This document shows, piece by piece, positions 49,150 through 62,594 of a DNA stretch of 64,000 nucleotides; within the stretch, counting starts at the first letter, position 1, and each line of letters opens with the position of its first letter. The DNA is from Chiloscyllium plagiosum (Eukaryota), in NCBI RefSeq assembly GCF_004010195.1, contig NC_057755.1:2811498-2875497 (forward strand). Reading direction: 5' to 3'. A program made the translations under genes and the position numbers. The notes beneath the pieces were generated by a model. That model had not been told where the DNA came from, made no database searches, and saw only the letters and a program-made list of their open reading frames with translations.

Positions 49150-50790
49150 CCAGGAAATGTTCGTTTCAGCAGCAGGAAGCACGGGAGCGTCAACCAGGGA
49201 GCTGACGGGAAGGTGAATCACTGATTTAAAAACTTACCGAGAGCTCTGGAGCCTTCCATTTTTGTTTCAGCAGCAGAAAGAGCGGGAGCGTCAACCAAAG
49301 GGCTGACAAGAAGGTGAATCACGTATTTAAATAATTCCCTTGTGAAGAGGCAGAGCACACGCTGAGTAGTAGCGGACACGGGACTGCTGGGTAAGTGAAG
49401 TAATATATTTGGGTGGTGTGTTTCCTGACACAATACTTAGGTAGTGTCTCCCACCCATCCTCCTCCTCTAACCAAAAAAAAACAGTTTCTGTCCGCTGGA
49501 TTGGTAAGGTACCTTTTTTTTTTAAGTTTTGTATTTTTCAATAGTTTCTTTGGGAATTTAGCAGCGTGGGAATGGTGGTTAGGGCAGTTGAATGCTCCTC
49601 CTGCAGAATGTGGAAGGTAAGGGTCACCACTAGTTTCCCTGCTGACACTATCGCTGGGAAGTGTACCCAACTCCAGCTCCTCAAAAACCGTGTTAGGGAA
49701 TTGGAGTTGGAGCTAGATGGAATTCGGAGGTGAGGGGGGCATTATTGAAAGGAGTTACAGGGAGGTAGTCACACCTCAGGTACAAGACTAAGGCAGATGG
49801 GTTACAGTCAGGGGAACGATAGGGAACTGGCAGACAAGGCAGAGAGCTCATGTGGCCGTTCCCCTCAATAACAACTATACCATTTTGGACACTGTGGAGG
49901 GGGGTGCGACTTACCAGGGGGAAGCCATGGGGGTACAGGTCTCTGGCACAGAGTCTGCCCCTGTTGCTGAGAAAGGAAGAGGGGAGATGAGCAGAGCATT
50001 AGTCATTGGAGATTCCACAGTCAATGGGGACAGATAGAAGGTTCTATGGGAATGAGAGAGACCCATGGTTGGTGCATTGCCTCCCAGGTGCCAGGTTTTG
50101 TGATGTCTCAGATTGTGTTTTCAGGATCCTTGCAGGGGAGGTGGAGCAGCCCCAAGTTGTGCTACACATAGGCACTAATTACATTGTTACGAAGAGAGAT
50201 TGGGATTTAAGGTAGAAATCCAGCGAGCTAGGGTGGAAGCTTAGAGCTAGAACAAACAGAGTTGTTATCTAATGCTTTCTATAGGTACATCGGGAATATA
50301 AGAATGACTAGAGTAAGATTAGAGCCAATCAAGGAAAGCCGTGGAAGTTGTGCGCGAAGACCGAGGAGTTGGAGGACACGCTAAATGAATATTTTTCATC
50401 AGTATTCACAATGGAAAAAGACAATGTTGTTATGGAGAATTCTGAGATACAGGCTACTTGACTAGATGGGATGAAGTTTCATAAGGAGGAGCTGTTAGTA
50501 ATTCTGGAAAGTGTGAAAATAGATAGGTCCCCTGGGCCAAATGGGATTTATCTTCGGATTCTCTGGGAAGCCAGGGAGGAGATTGCAGAGACTTTGACTT
50601 TGATCTTTATGTCGTCATTGTCTGCAGGATTGTTGCCAGAAGACTGGAGGAATGCAAATTTGTCTCCTTGTTCAAGAAAGAGAGTAGAGACAACCCTGGT
50701 AATTATAGACCAAGGAGCCTTACCTCTGTTGTGGTTAAAGTGTTGGAAAAATTTAGAAGAAATAGGAATTATAATGATCGAGTGAGGAAT
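49150..50790 (+). mobile_element. CR1 5' part with repeated 5' UTR monomers, ORF1 and an internal deletion into ORF2
   Basis: A ~101-bp-period repeat at 49163 and 49264. ORF1 at 49572 reads MVVRAVECSSCRMW, with esterase ALVIGDS and VVLHIGTN. At 50270/50271 ORF1 joins mid-ORF2 (compare 44440 and 45845). Confidence 0.88.
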
Positions 50791-52279
50791 TTCCAACATG
50801 CGGACTGAAATCAAAACATTCACGGATCTCCAGTCCGAGAGGATAAAGTAAACACAGATTACACAAGACCACATGTAATGACAATTTACATTCATAACAG
50901 ACCACGAACAGTTAACACTCTGTCCACTGAAAGCAAGAACCAGCAGCCTGTCACCCGCGCCCCCACCCCCTTTCCTCTCTCTATGCTCCAGTTTCCTATT
51001 CAAAGAGATTTTTTTTAAATTCTGCCAATTGCTCTATGCAATCGCAATTAAAAGCACCATCAGGTGATAATGGCTTGTCAGTTCTCCTTGTCCATGTCAC
51101 CCATTTGTTGACAAAATCATAGTTTGGGAATCAATTCCCCATTATATCGAAAGCTTACACTGCACGCACCATTACATTCGTCCAAATATTTAAACTGGAA
51201 ATCCATTAATTTGTACAAAACAATTTACCAAGTTACCCAATTCCCACAAAGAATATACTAAGATTTCCAATCTCTCACAGAGGCCTCCAACCCTTATAAC
51301 CATTTTCTCGATCAGGTATTTTCTCATACATAGTCCACCTTCCTAACTACACAGACGGACAGTCCCATTGTACCTTATGACTGCTTGTTCTGTAATAAAC
51401 AAATGTCTACCAGCCGTATCAATACAACGGTGTGAGAAAGTTACTGATCCTGCCCTCATTGTGCTACAGGAGCAACACGGAATAGCCAATGTCACTCCGC
51501 AGCAATCGTGAGCAATTTATAAAAACACTTTGCACGTGAGACGACCGGGTAGTTTGCGTGGGCTGGTGAGAAATAGTTACAGGTAGTGAAGACTATCTGC
51601 TTATGACGAGACCCCGGCTTGTTTTTCAGGGCAACGGTTAAGGCCTGATGTAGTGGCCCCACCTTCCCAAGGTTAAAACAAGCGTTACAGGGAAGGCGAT
51701 CATGGCGGTGAAGCACAGGGGTCAGTCGGAAATGTTCTGTGCCTTGCAGGACTGACAGTGGTTCATGATTAAACACACCTGGGGTCTGAAGGTTTGCCAG
51801 ACTTGAATACCCACTACCCTTGGTTATCAGCAGCAGTCAGAGATTGATAGCAGACCGAAGGGGAGAGTTGGCAGGTTGGTGGCAGCAGAGGAAGAGGCTC
51901 TTTGTCCGCAGGCTGAGAGAAATATTCCGAAGGGACTGATCTGGTGAGGAGCAGGACTGGTGTTCTGATGAGAGGTCAAGACAAATCTCGTGCAGTGAGT
52001 CACAGACTCGAGAGCAGCTGCAGTGGATGTCGAAGGTGGGGTCGAGGCCGTCGGGTAGAGGGATGGAAGTGTAAAAGTTTCCTCCTCAGCTGTATCCCTT
52101 GAATCAGGAGACATTGGCATGCCAGACAACCGGGAGGATCCTCCTGTGCTGTCACCTTCCTATCAGGTCCACAAAAACCATCCAGGACAAAGCAGCCCGC
52201 TTGATTAGCACCACATTCAAAAGCATCCACTCCCATCACTACCGATGCTCGCGACTCCTCAGATACTGATCAAATTGTG

Positions 52280-53112
52280 ATCAAATGCAACAAGATCTGG
52301 ACAATATCCAGTTTAGAGCCGACAAGTGGTAAGTGACATTCACACTGCACAAATGCCAAACAATGACCATTACCAATAAGAGACACTTTAACCACTGCCC
52401 TTGATATTCAACGGTATTGCCATCACAGAATCCCCCACTGTCAACATCCTTGGGGTTACCATTGACCAGAAACTCAACTAGACTCACCACATAAACACAG
52501 TGGCTACAAGAGCAGGTCGAAGACGAGGGATAATGCGGCAAGGAACTCACCTCCTGACACCTCAAAGTCTATCCGCCATCCACAAGGCACAAGTCAGGAG
52601 TGTGATGGCATAGTCTCCACTTGCCTGGATTTGTGCAGCTCCAACAGTACTCAAGAAGCTTGACACCATCCAGGACAAACCAACCCTCTTGATTGGCACC
52701 AGGTCTACAAATATTCAAACCCTCCACGACCAAGACTCAGTAGCAGCAGTGTGAACTATCTACAAGATGCACAGCAGGAATTCACCAAAGATCCTCAGGC
52801 AGAACATTCCATAAACTATGAACACTTCTACTTCAGAGGACAAGGGTTGCAAGTACATGGGAACACCAGCCCCTGCAATATCCCCTTCAAGCCACTCGCC
52901 ATTCGGATTGGAAACATGTCACTGTTCCTTGTTTTCCGCTCAGCGAAAGTCCTGGAATTCCCTCCCTAACAACAATGTGTTTCTGTGGAGAGCACATGCC
53001 ATGCATTGTTTGAAGAAAGCAGCTCACCACCACGTTATCAAGGGCAACTAAGGTGAGTAATAAATGGTGACCCAGTCAATGATACCCATGTCCCACTAGT
53101 GAATAAGGAAAA
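52280..53112 (+). mobile_element. CR1/L2-group LINE 3' fragment (duplicated at ~61715-62540)
   Basis: The duplicate ORF 61838-62050 reads FNGIAITESPTVNILGVIIDQKLNWTHHI...IHKAQVRSVM, an RT C-terminal region. The 3' tail ends GAATAAGGAAAA. Confidence 0.85.
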
Positions 53113-53166
53113 GCATTTCATGGTCTGGAAATCATAGGACCATCCTGTGGGGTTCACTGAGGAGTT

Positions 53167-54068
53167 TCATTTATTCATAATACGAGGAAATCGTGCAATC
53201 AGGTATTTTACTGCATTTCTGATCTTTGCTCTGAACCCAGATAATGTTGCTGCATAAATAAATGTATTTGTGCAACAACTTAAGTTCTGCAACATGTAAC
53301 CAACGCTATTAAAGTGAAATAGGAAAGGTGGGTATGTGGCAGTATTGATTCCTTGAATGACATAATATAAGAAATCTATAACAACGATTAACCACAGGAG
53401 GATGAAGCTCCCAGACACAGTGAAGAGTAAAATCACAGATTTCCTTCTGCTCTCCATCTCTGGGTCTCTGTGATTATCTCCTTTGCTCTCACTCTTCAGC
53501 CTCTTCCGGACTCGACTGGTCACTAAAATGTGTCGAACAGTCAGAGTATTGAGCAACGGAATGAAAACGAATGGCAGTAAAGGGGTCAAAACTGTATCAA
53601 GCCAATCTAATGCCACCCACCAAGTCTCAGTATGGTAGCTTAATTTTGTATCACAGTAGAATGGCACATTGTTGATGATCGTCCAAGGTTCATATTGAAA
53701 ATAGAAGGGGATATTTTTCAAACAGAATAGGGTGCAGGTTGTTGCTAGAACCATAGTCGCAGTTTTCTCAGTGCAATATTTTGCTTTCAGCTTTTGACAA
53801 CAAATGGTCACAAACCGGTCAAAGGAGAAAGTGACGGTGAACCAGACAGAGCAGTCCCTCGCAACACGTAGCAGGACTCCAGTAACACTACACACAGGAG
53901 TGATATCCAGGAAAGACCGTGGGTAATAATAATACGGAAATCTGTCCAGTATAACATCAGTGATAATGACCATCAGATCAGCAACTGCCATAACCAACAG
54001 GTAGCGAGTAGTGCAGGGGGAAATACCGCACTTTCCCCGGGGAAGAGTAACAACCGCCAGCAAATTAA
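53167..54068 (-). CDS. GPR139/GPR142-like rhodopsin-class GPCR, long second exon (end of TM1 to stop), reading frame open
   Basis: Acceptor tttctctttcacAG at 54070-54069. Motifs VNLLA, MAVADL (TM2), TPVC (TM3 Cys), SFDRFVTIC (DRY variant), ECL2 FYC, PLLPF (TM5), ILLW (TM6) and CCTNTFIY (TM7). The ORF-track GTG start is intronic. Confidence 0.92.
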
Positions 54069-54202
54069 CTGTGAAAGAGAAATGGGAAACGACATGGTCA
54101 ATTACTGACAGAAATGTCACCTGCCTGTTCCAGAGGGCAAAAATAAGATTTTACCACCAAAACCTGACACACTGTGGTTGGGGTTGAGTGGGTTTGAATA
54201 TT

Positions 54203-54514
54203 AAGATTAGATTAGATTACAGTGTGGAAACAGGCCCTTCGGCCCAACAAGTCCACACCGACCCGCCGAAGCGCAACCCACCCATACCCCTACATTTATC
54301 CCTTACCTAACACTACGGGCAACTTAGCATGGCCAATTCACCTGGCCTGCACATCTTTGGACTGTGGGAGGAAACCGGAGCACCCGGAGGAAACCCACGC
54401 AGACACGGGGAGAACGTGCAAACTCCACACAGTCAGTCACCTGAGGCGGGAATTGAACCCGGGTCTCTGGGGCTGTGAGGCAGCAGTGCTAACCACTGTG
54501 CCACCGTGCCGCCC
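54203..54514 (-). mobile_element. Full-length HE1-type V-SINE in the GPCR intron
   Basis: Minus strand reads GGGCGGCACGGTGGCACAGTGGTTAGCACTGCTGCCTCAC...GGGTTCAATTCC...TGTGTGGAGTTTGCACGTTCTCCCCGTG (V domain) and ends in (TAATC)n. Confidence 0.95.
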
Positions 54515-56310
54515 AAGGTGTTCAATCCCCCTCAGATTGTCCTCCAGCCCAATCATTCCTGTGATTACTGAGATGGCACAGAGATTGCAGTCACTGCTCC
54601 TCCTAGGAATTCTATGCTTTGATTTGGTTCCAAAGTTACTCGTTGAATAATTGTAATGGATTCTTACAGTTCATAGCGTTATCTCTGGCAGGTGTAGAAC
54701 CCGATTAGAAACCTGACTCCCCACTCAGTCATCGGAGTGACGATTTCACTGTCAATAAACCAAACTCTCCCCTGCTCCTTGGATCAGGTCTTCCCCCAAT
54801 CTTAGCATTGGACCAAATCCTGATTGGAGCCACAAGACGAGCAGGAAACAGATCATCAGACCTGCACAAGATTTCAAATAAGACTACTGCATGCATCTTA
54901 CAAAAGTACAGCTGTACAGAACATGCACGGCTCTCTCAGTGACAACATGTGAGCGTTAGGACTGTTGTGATGTTGACACTGTACATCTCAACCATTTCAT
55001 TATGCAGGGATCAGGAGGGCAATCTGTAAGAATTTGAATTCTCTTACCAGAGACGGTGAGAAGGAGAGAATTTCCAGAAGGGATGGTAGTTAGACGAACC
55101 TTTACAAATCAAAGTAGGGAATATATCCTTCAAATCCTTTGCTTAATCAAATCAATCTATCTCAGATTTAAAATTCCTAACTGATCCAGCATCCCCGGCT
55201 ATTTGTGGAACAGATTTCCCAGCCTCTCCCACCCGTTGGGTGTAGAAATGCTTCCTAACATGGCCTCTGAATGGTCTCAAACTGTGCCGCCTCACCTTGG
55301 GACCCCACACCTAGTGGATGCAGTTCATCATCTTTTCCTGTTAATACCTTGTAGGACTTCGCACAGATCCACCGCTAAACCTTCCAAATTCTCGAGGAAA
55401 TAGGAGCAAAAACAAATTTCTCACCAGGTCTGGCAGCATCTGTCTTAGAGAGAGAAAGCAGATTTAACCTTTCATGTCCAGACCCTTCAGAACTAAATTG
55501 CCTGATCTCTCCTCACACCTTCAGATCGTCTGATACCAGAACAGATGACAGATCACTGAGATCGGAAAATACAGCAGCAGCGATATTGGGAGTCCTTGTT
55601 AGTGGAGAATTGTACCGAGAATGCTGCTCGGTGAATTGCTATCACTGGTCTGGTCTTGATGAAGCGTTAAGTCTGAAACTTTGACTCTCTTGCTCCTCAG
55701 ATGCTGCCTGACATGCTTTTCCCATTGCCACGGTTCCAGTATCTGGATAAGGATGACCAGTCAGTGAGCTGGAGACCTTATTCCTCAAAAGATAAATCTA
55801 GAGATCAGCANNNNNNNNNNNNNNNNNNNNNNNNNNNNNNNNNNNNNNNNNNNNNNNNNNNNNNNNNNNNNNNNNNNNNNNNNNNNNNNNNNNNNNNNNN
55901 NNNNNNNNNNNNNNNNNNNNNNNNNNNNNNNNNNNNNNNNNNNNNNNNNNNNNNNNNNNNNNNNNNNNNNNNNNNNNNNNNNNNNNNNNNNNNNNNNNNN
56001 NNNNNNNNNNNNNNNNNNNNNNNNNNNNNNNNNNNNNNNNNNNNNNNNNNNNNNNNNNNNNNNNNNNNNNNNNNNNNNNNNNNNNNNNNNNNNNNNNNNN
56101 NNNNNNNNNNNNNNNNNNNNNNNNNNNNNNNNNNNNNNNNNNNNNNNNNNNNNNNNNNNNNNNNNNNNNNNNNNNNNNNNNNNNNNNNNNNNNNNNNNNN
56201 NNNNNNNNNNNNNNNNNNNNNNNNNNNNNNNNNNNNNNNNNNNNNNNNNNNNNNNNNNNNNNNNNNNNNNNNNNNNNNNNNNNNNNNNNNNNNNNNNNNN
56301 NNNNNNNNNN

Positions 56311-58002
56311 TCAAGGAAAGCCGTGGAAGTTGTGCGCGAAGACTGAGGAGTTGGAGGACACACTAAATGAATATTTTTCATCAGTATTCACAATGGAAAA
56401 ATGTTGTTATGGAGAATTCTGAGATACAGGCTACTTGACTAGATGGGACTAAGTTTCATAAGGAGGAGCTGTTAGTAATTCTGGAAAGTGTGAAAATAGG
56501 TAGGTCCCCTGGGCCAAATGGGATTTATCTTCGGATTCTCTGGGAAGCCAGGGAGGAGATTGCAGAGACTTTGACTTTGATCTATATGTCGTCATTGTCT
56601 GCAGGATTGTTGCCAGAAGACTGGAGGAATGCAAATTTGTCTCCTTGTTCAAGAAAGAGAGTAGAGACAACCCTGGTAATTATAGACCAATGAACCTTAC
56701 CTCTGTTGTGGTTAAAGTGTTGGAAAATTTTAGAAGAAATAGGAATTATAATGATCGAGTGAGGAATAAGTTGATTAGAAATAGTCAACACGGTTTTGTG
56801 AAGGGTAGGACATGCCTCACAAACCTTATTGAGTTCTTAGAGAGAGTGACCAAACAGATGGATGAGCGTAAAGCAGTTGATGTGGTGTATGTGGATTTCA
56901 GTAAGGTGTTTGATAAGGTCCCCCACTGTAGGCTATCGCACAATATCCAAAGGCATGGGATTGAGGGTGATTTAGCAGTTTGGATCAGAAATTGGCTAGC
57001 TGAAAGAAGACAGGGTGATGGTTGATGGGATATGTTCATCTTGGAGTTCAGTTACTCGTCGTGTACCACAAGGATCAGTTTTGGGTCCACTGCTGTATGT
57101 CATTTCTATAAATGACGTAGGTGAGAGCGTTGAAGTATGGGTTAGCAAATGTTTGGATGCGACGAAAGCCAGTGGAGTTGTGGATAGTGCTGAAAGATGT
57201 TGCAGGTTACAGACGAACATAGATAAGCTGCAGAGCTGGGCTGAGAGGTCGAAAATGGAGGTATTGTGGAAAATTGTGAGGTGATTCACTGTGGAAGGAG
57301 CAACAGGAATAAAGTTTACTGGCTAATGGTAAGATTCTGCATAATGTAGATGAGCAGAGAGGTGTCTATGTCCATTTACACAGTTCGCTGAAAGTTGCCA
57401 CCTAGTTTGATAGGGTTGTTACGAAGGCACACGGAGTGTTAGATTATATTGGGAGAGGGATTGAGGTTTACAGCCATGAGGCCATGCTGCACTTGTACAA
57501 ATCTCTGGTGTGGCCACCCTTGGAGTATTGGTCACCATTATCGGAAGGATGTGGAAGCTTTGGAAAGGGTGCAGAGGGGATTTATTAGGATTTTGCCTGG
57601 TATGGAGGGAAGGTCTTATGAGAAAGGCTGAGGGACATGAGGCAGTTTTCTAGAGAGAAGAGGGTTGAGAGGTGACTTATTTGAGACATGAAGATAATTA
57701 GAGGATTAGACAGGGTGAACAGTGAGAACGTTTTTCCTCGGATGCTGATGGCTACTACGAGGGGTCATAGCTTTAAATTGAGGGGTGATAGACATAGGAC
57801 AGATTTCAGAGGTGGTTTCTTTATTCAGAGAGTAGGTGGGGTGTGGAGCGCCGACTTTAAAAACATTGAAATCGTTATCGGACAAACATATGAATGAAAA
57901 TGGAATAGTATAGGATAGATAGGCTTCAGATTGTTTCCACAGGGTGAGGCAACATCGAGAGCTGAAGGGCCTGTAATGGCTGAAATGTTCTATGTTCTAT
58001 GT
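56311..58002 (+). mobile_element. CR1 ORF2 RT region and 3' tail
   Basis: NPGNYRPMNLTS, QHGFVKGRTCLTNL, VYVDFSKVFDKVPH and VPQGSVLGPLL, with tail GTTCTATGTTCTATGT. Confidence 0.94.
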
Positions 58003-58180
58003 GGTACATTGCCTCAGTTCGTCACTTTCGGTAACCCAAAGTGGGGGATAACTTCAAAAAACAATATTTTGTCTACTGTATGTGCAGTACAATTAGTGGA
58101 GGGGAAGGCTTCAATCCATTTGCTAAATGCATCGAAAATCACTAAACAGTATTTATACATAACATTGTACTTTAGTATTT

Positions 58181-58445
58181 AAGTTGCTCACTGAGGTGGA
58201 AGATTCGCTTTCAGACGTTTCGTCACCATCCCAGGTAACATCATCAGTGAGCCTCTGGTTAAGAACTGGCATTATGGCCCACTTTCTATTTATGTCTTTA
58301 GGTTTCCTTGGGTTGGTGATGTCATTTCCTGTGTTGGTGATGTCATTGTGATAGCGTCTGAAAATGAACCTTCCAACTCAACGAGCAAACTTACATCTAG
58401 AATCCCAACCTATGATTCAGAGCTCTGAATCTTCCCCAAAGTCGC
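58181..58445. mobile_element. Short PLE-derived inverted-repeat element with an intact minimal hammerhead core
   Basis: Same family as 200-340 and 1100-1290. Arms 58181-58217 and ~58356-58393 are inverted. Minus 58250-58211 reads TCA CTGATGA T GTTACC TGGGAT GGTGAC GAAA CG TC TGA. Confidence 0.82.
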
Positions 58446-58699
58446 TAACCTCTAGGGGCACAATACACTAAAACTAACCGAAAGGTGGGAAACCAATGTC
58501 ATCCGACAGAGCACCACCACAAACAGCTGTACTTCCTGCATGAATGCCAAAAGAAACAGGTCCTATGTCCTATGTCTAAATGTCTTAAATACAACCTCCC
58601 CTCCCCCCACTAGCCAAATGAATAACAGAGCAAAACAGCCGCAGAATGATTTGAGAAATGATTAATGATGACCACAACAGATTCCATAAATACAAGTGG

Positions 58700-59130
58700 G
58701 AAATATCACGTCAAAAATCTCTACTCACTAATGCGACAGGGGAACCTTCATCTATGACACTAACATCCAACTGAACGGTTCTGTCATACCGTGGGCACCC
58801 TAGCACCGGCGCTGTAGCCAAGGCATCTTTGAGGGCAGAAAATGCTTGTGTCCCCGAGTCGGCCAGCTGAAACTTAAGGGGAGCGTTCGGAAAGGAAGAT
58901 GGAATAAGCTCTTGCGTAAAAGTTGTAATATCTGAAGCCGCTGACTGCAAAAGCTTACCAGTCCCAAAAGGGCCCTCGACCATTTGGGCGACGTAAGGGG
59001 TCGGGTTTGCAAGATGGGACTAATGCATTCCCGAATAAGAGAATGGTCAGTAGCACTGATCAAAACACCCAAAACTTTCACTAGCAATTGACCTTTCTGA
59101 ACCTTAGTGGGTGGGACCACACATCCCCGT
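58700..59130 (-). mobile_element. LTR-retroelement RT thumb/connection fragment
   Basis: VKVLGV...RALLGLVSFC and QAFSALKDALATAPVLGCPRYDRTVQLDV, frameshifted. Gypsy versus retrovirus is not resolvable by eye. Confidence 0.75.
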
Positions 59131-62100
59131 GAACAGAGACTTGTGAGGAGGTAAACAGTATCCTACTAATTATTAATCAAATCAGGGCGAGCAAGGCGTA
59201 TCTTTCTGAGCCTTTTTATGCTGGTTTTCCTGTTTCGTTTTTCACCTTCTGTCTACCCACCCAGCCTTTAACGTCTCCCAGCTTCTGGGAGTTCCATCTG
59301 ATGTACATGCATCTGTCCCCACCCATCCCTCCACTACCACCAATCACAAACATTATTACCCCAACTGGCCAGTTAGGCATCGTTTCATTCGCTATCTACT
59401 TTATTTAATTAATAATTTCCACTTTTATCCCATAATTTCTCTCCCAAATTAGGTTCACTGTCTGTTCACAAAAGGCAATATTCGCAGGTCCCTAGATTTC
59501 TGACCTACATAGAGGGTACAGACCAGTCATTTCATACATGGTTTCAACCTACTTACGATAGCACTTACACAGGCAAGTGACCCCACATCTACTTCAATAC
59601 TTAATATCGTGCGATATCACCCTCACATCTTCATCAGTTTTCTCAGATTTCAGAACTGCGTTCCTAAAGTTCCAATTTTCACAAAGTACATGTACCGTGA
59701 GAAAATTTTATCATCTCAAATTAAAGATTAGCTTAAATGTTGAAACAGTGTTTGGAAATTCACTCTGAACAGAAAATTAAACCTCAAACTGATAAATTCA
59801 AACATGATAATTTTACCCAATCCTTACAATCCAACTTTTCTTTTAATGAACCTTGCCTGGCACAGATCGATTTCAGTCAGTATAGAAAGTCCCTCAAAGG
59901 GAAGTAATATTCACCATGCACGACCTAAAGTAATAAAAGGCATAGACTACACTTCAAAATCACTATGAATTTCCAACATGCGGACTGAAATCAAAACATT
60001 CACGGATCTCCAGTCCGAGAGGATAAAGTAAACACAGATTACACAATTCCACATGTAATGATGATGTACATTCATAACAGACCACGAACAGTTAACACTC
60101 TGTCCACTGAAAGCAAGAACCAGCAGCCTGTCACTCGCGCCCCCACCCCCTTTCCTCTCTCTATGCTCCAGTTTCCTATTCAAAGAGATTTTTTAAAAAT
60201 TCTGCCAATTGCTCTATGCAATCGCAATTAAAAGCACCATCAGGTGATAATGGCTTGTCAGTTCTTTGTCCATGTCACCCATTTGTTGACAAAATCATAG
60301 TTTGGGAATCAATTCCCCATTATATCAAAAGCTTACACTGCACGCACCATTACATTCGCCCAAATATTTAAACTGGAAATCCATTAATTTGTACAAAACA
60401 ATTTACCAAGTTACCCAATTCCCACAAAGAATATACTAAGATTTCCAATCTCTCACAGAGGCCTCCAACCCTTAAAACCATTTTCTCAGTCAGGTATTTT
60501 CTCATACATAGTCCACCTTCCTAACTACACAGACGGACAGTCCCATTGTACCTTATGACTGCTTGTTCTGTAATAAACAAATGTCTACCAGCCGTATCAA
60601 TACAACGGTGTGAGAAAGTTACTGATCCTGCCCTCATTGTGCTACAGGAGCAACACGGAATAGCCAATGTCACTCCGCAGCAATCGTGAGCAATTTATAA
60701 AAACACTTTGCACGTGAGACGACCGGGTAGTTTGCGTGGGCTGGTGAGAAATAGTTACAGGTAGTGAAGACTATCTGCTTATGACGAGACCCCGGCTTGT
60801 TTTTCAGGGCAACGGTTAAGGCCTGATGTAGTGGCCCCACCTTCCCAAGGTTAAAACAAGCGTTACGGGGAAGGCGATCATGGCGGTGAAGCACAGGGGT
60901 CAGTCGGAAATGTTCTGTGCCTTGCAGGACTGACAGTGGTTCATGATTAAACACACCTGGGGTCTGAAGGTTTGCCAGACTTGAATACCCACTACCCTTG
61001 GTTATCAGCAGCAGTCAGAGATTGATAGCAGACCGAAGGGGAGAGTTGGCAGGTTGGTGGCAGCAGAGGAAGAGGCTCTTTGTCCGCAGGCTGAGAGAAA
61101 TATTCCGAAGGGACTGATCTGGTGAGGAGCAGGACTGGTGTTCTGATGAGAGGTCAAGACAAATCTCGTGCAGTGAGTCACAGACTCGAGAGCAGCTGCA
61201 GTGGATGTCGAAGGTGGGGTCGAGGCCGTCGGGTAGAGGGATGGAAGTGTAAAAGTTTCCTCCTCAGCTGTATCCCTTGAATCAGGAGACATTGGCATGC
61301 CAGACAACCGGGAGGATCCTCCTGTGCTGTCACCTTCCTATCAGGTCCACAAAAACCATCCAGGACAAAGCAGCCCGCTTGATTAGCACCACATTCAAAA
61401 GCATCCACTCCCATCACTAATCTCGTGCAGTGAGTCACAGACTCGAGAGCAGCTGCAGTGGATGTCGAAGGTAGGGTCGAGGCTGCCGGGTAGAGGGATG
61501 GAAGTGTAAAAGTTTCCTCCTCAGCTGTATCCCTTGAATCAGGAGACATTGGCATGCCAGACAACCGGGAGGATCCTCCTGTGCTGTCACCTTCCTATCA
61601 AGGTCCACAAAACCATCCAGGACAAAGCAGCCCGCTTGATTAGCACCACATTCAAAAGCATCCACTCCCATCACTGCCGATGCTCGCGACTCCTCAGATA
61701 CTGATCAAATTGTGATCAAATGCAAAACAAGATCTGGACAATATCCAGTTTAAAGCCGACAAGTGGTAAGTGACATTCACACTGCACAAATGCCAAACAA
61801 TGACCATTACCAATAAGACAAACTTTAACCACTGCCCTTGATATTCAACGGTATTGCCATCACAGAATCCCCCACTGTCAACATCCTTGGGGTTATCATT
61901 GACCAGAAACTCAACTGGACTCACCACATAAACACAGTGGCTACAAGAGCAGGTCAAAGACGAGGGATAATGCGGCAAGGAACTCACCTCCTGACACCTC
62001 AAAGTCTATCCGCCATCCACAAGGCACAAGTCAGGAGTGTGATGGTATAGTCTCCACTTGCCTGGATTTGTGCAGCTCCAACAGTACTCAAGAAGCTTGA

Positions 62101-62594
62101 CACCATCCAGGACAAAGCAACCCTCTTGATTGGCACCAGGTCTACAAATATTCAAACCCTCCACGACCAAGCAGCAGTGTGAACTATCTACAAGATGCAC
62201 AGCAGGATATCACCAAAGATCCTCAGGCAGGACATTCCATAAACTATGAACACTTCTACTTCAGAGGACAAGCGTTGCAAGTACATGGGAACACCAGCCC
62301 CTGCAATATCCCCTTCAAGACACTCGCCATTCTGATTGGAAACATGTCACAGTTCCTTCTTTTCCGCTCAGCGAAAGTCCTGGAATTCCCTCCCTAACAA
62401 CAATGTGTTTCTGTGGAGAGGACATGCAATGCATTGTTTGAAGAAAGCAGCTCACCACCACCTTATCAAGGGCAACTAAGGTGAGTAATAAATGGTGACA
62501 CAGTCAATGATACCCATGTCCCACTAGTGAATAAGGAAAAGCATTTCATGGTCTGGAAATCATAGCACCATCCTGTGGGGTTCACTGAGGAGTT

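Noticed and set aside
54069..54120. GTG-initiated N-terminus MTFLSVIDHVVSHFSFT (also 63497-63548)
   Set aside because: It is the intron polypyrimidine tract and acceptor, not coding sequence.
54222..54650. 142-aa ORF and similar ORFs at 63616 and 1249
   Set aside because: They are antisense translations of the HE1 SINE.
55041..55110. Minus-strand donor CTG|GTAAGA as exon 1 of the 53167 GPCR
   Set aside because: The phase-1 frame has a stop about 20 codons upstream with no ATG and no resemblance to TM1. A non-coding exon cannot be excluded.
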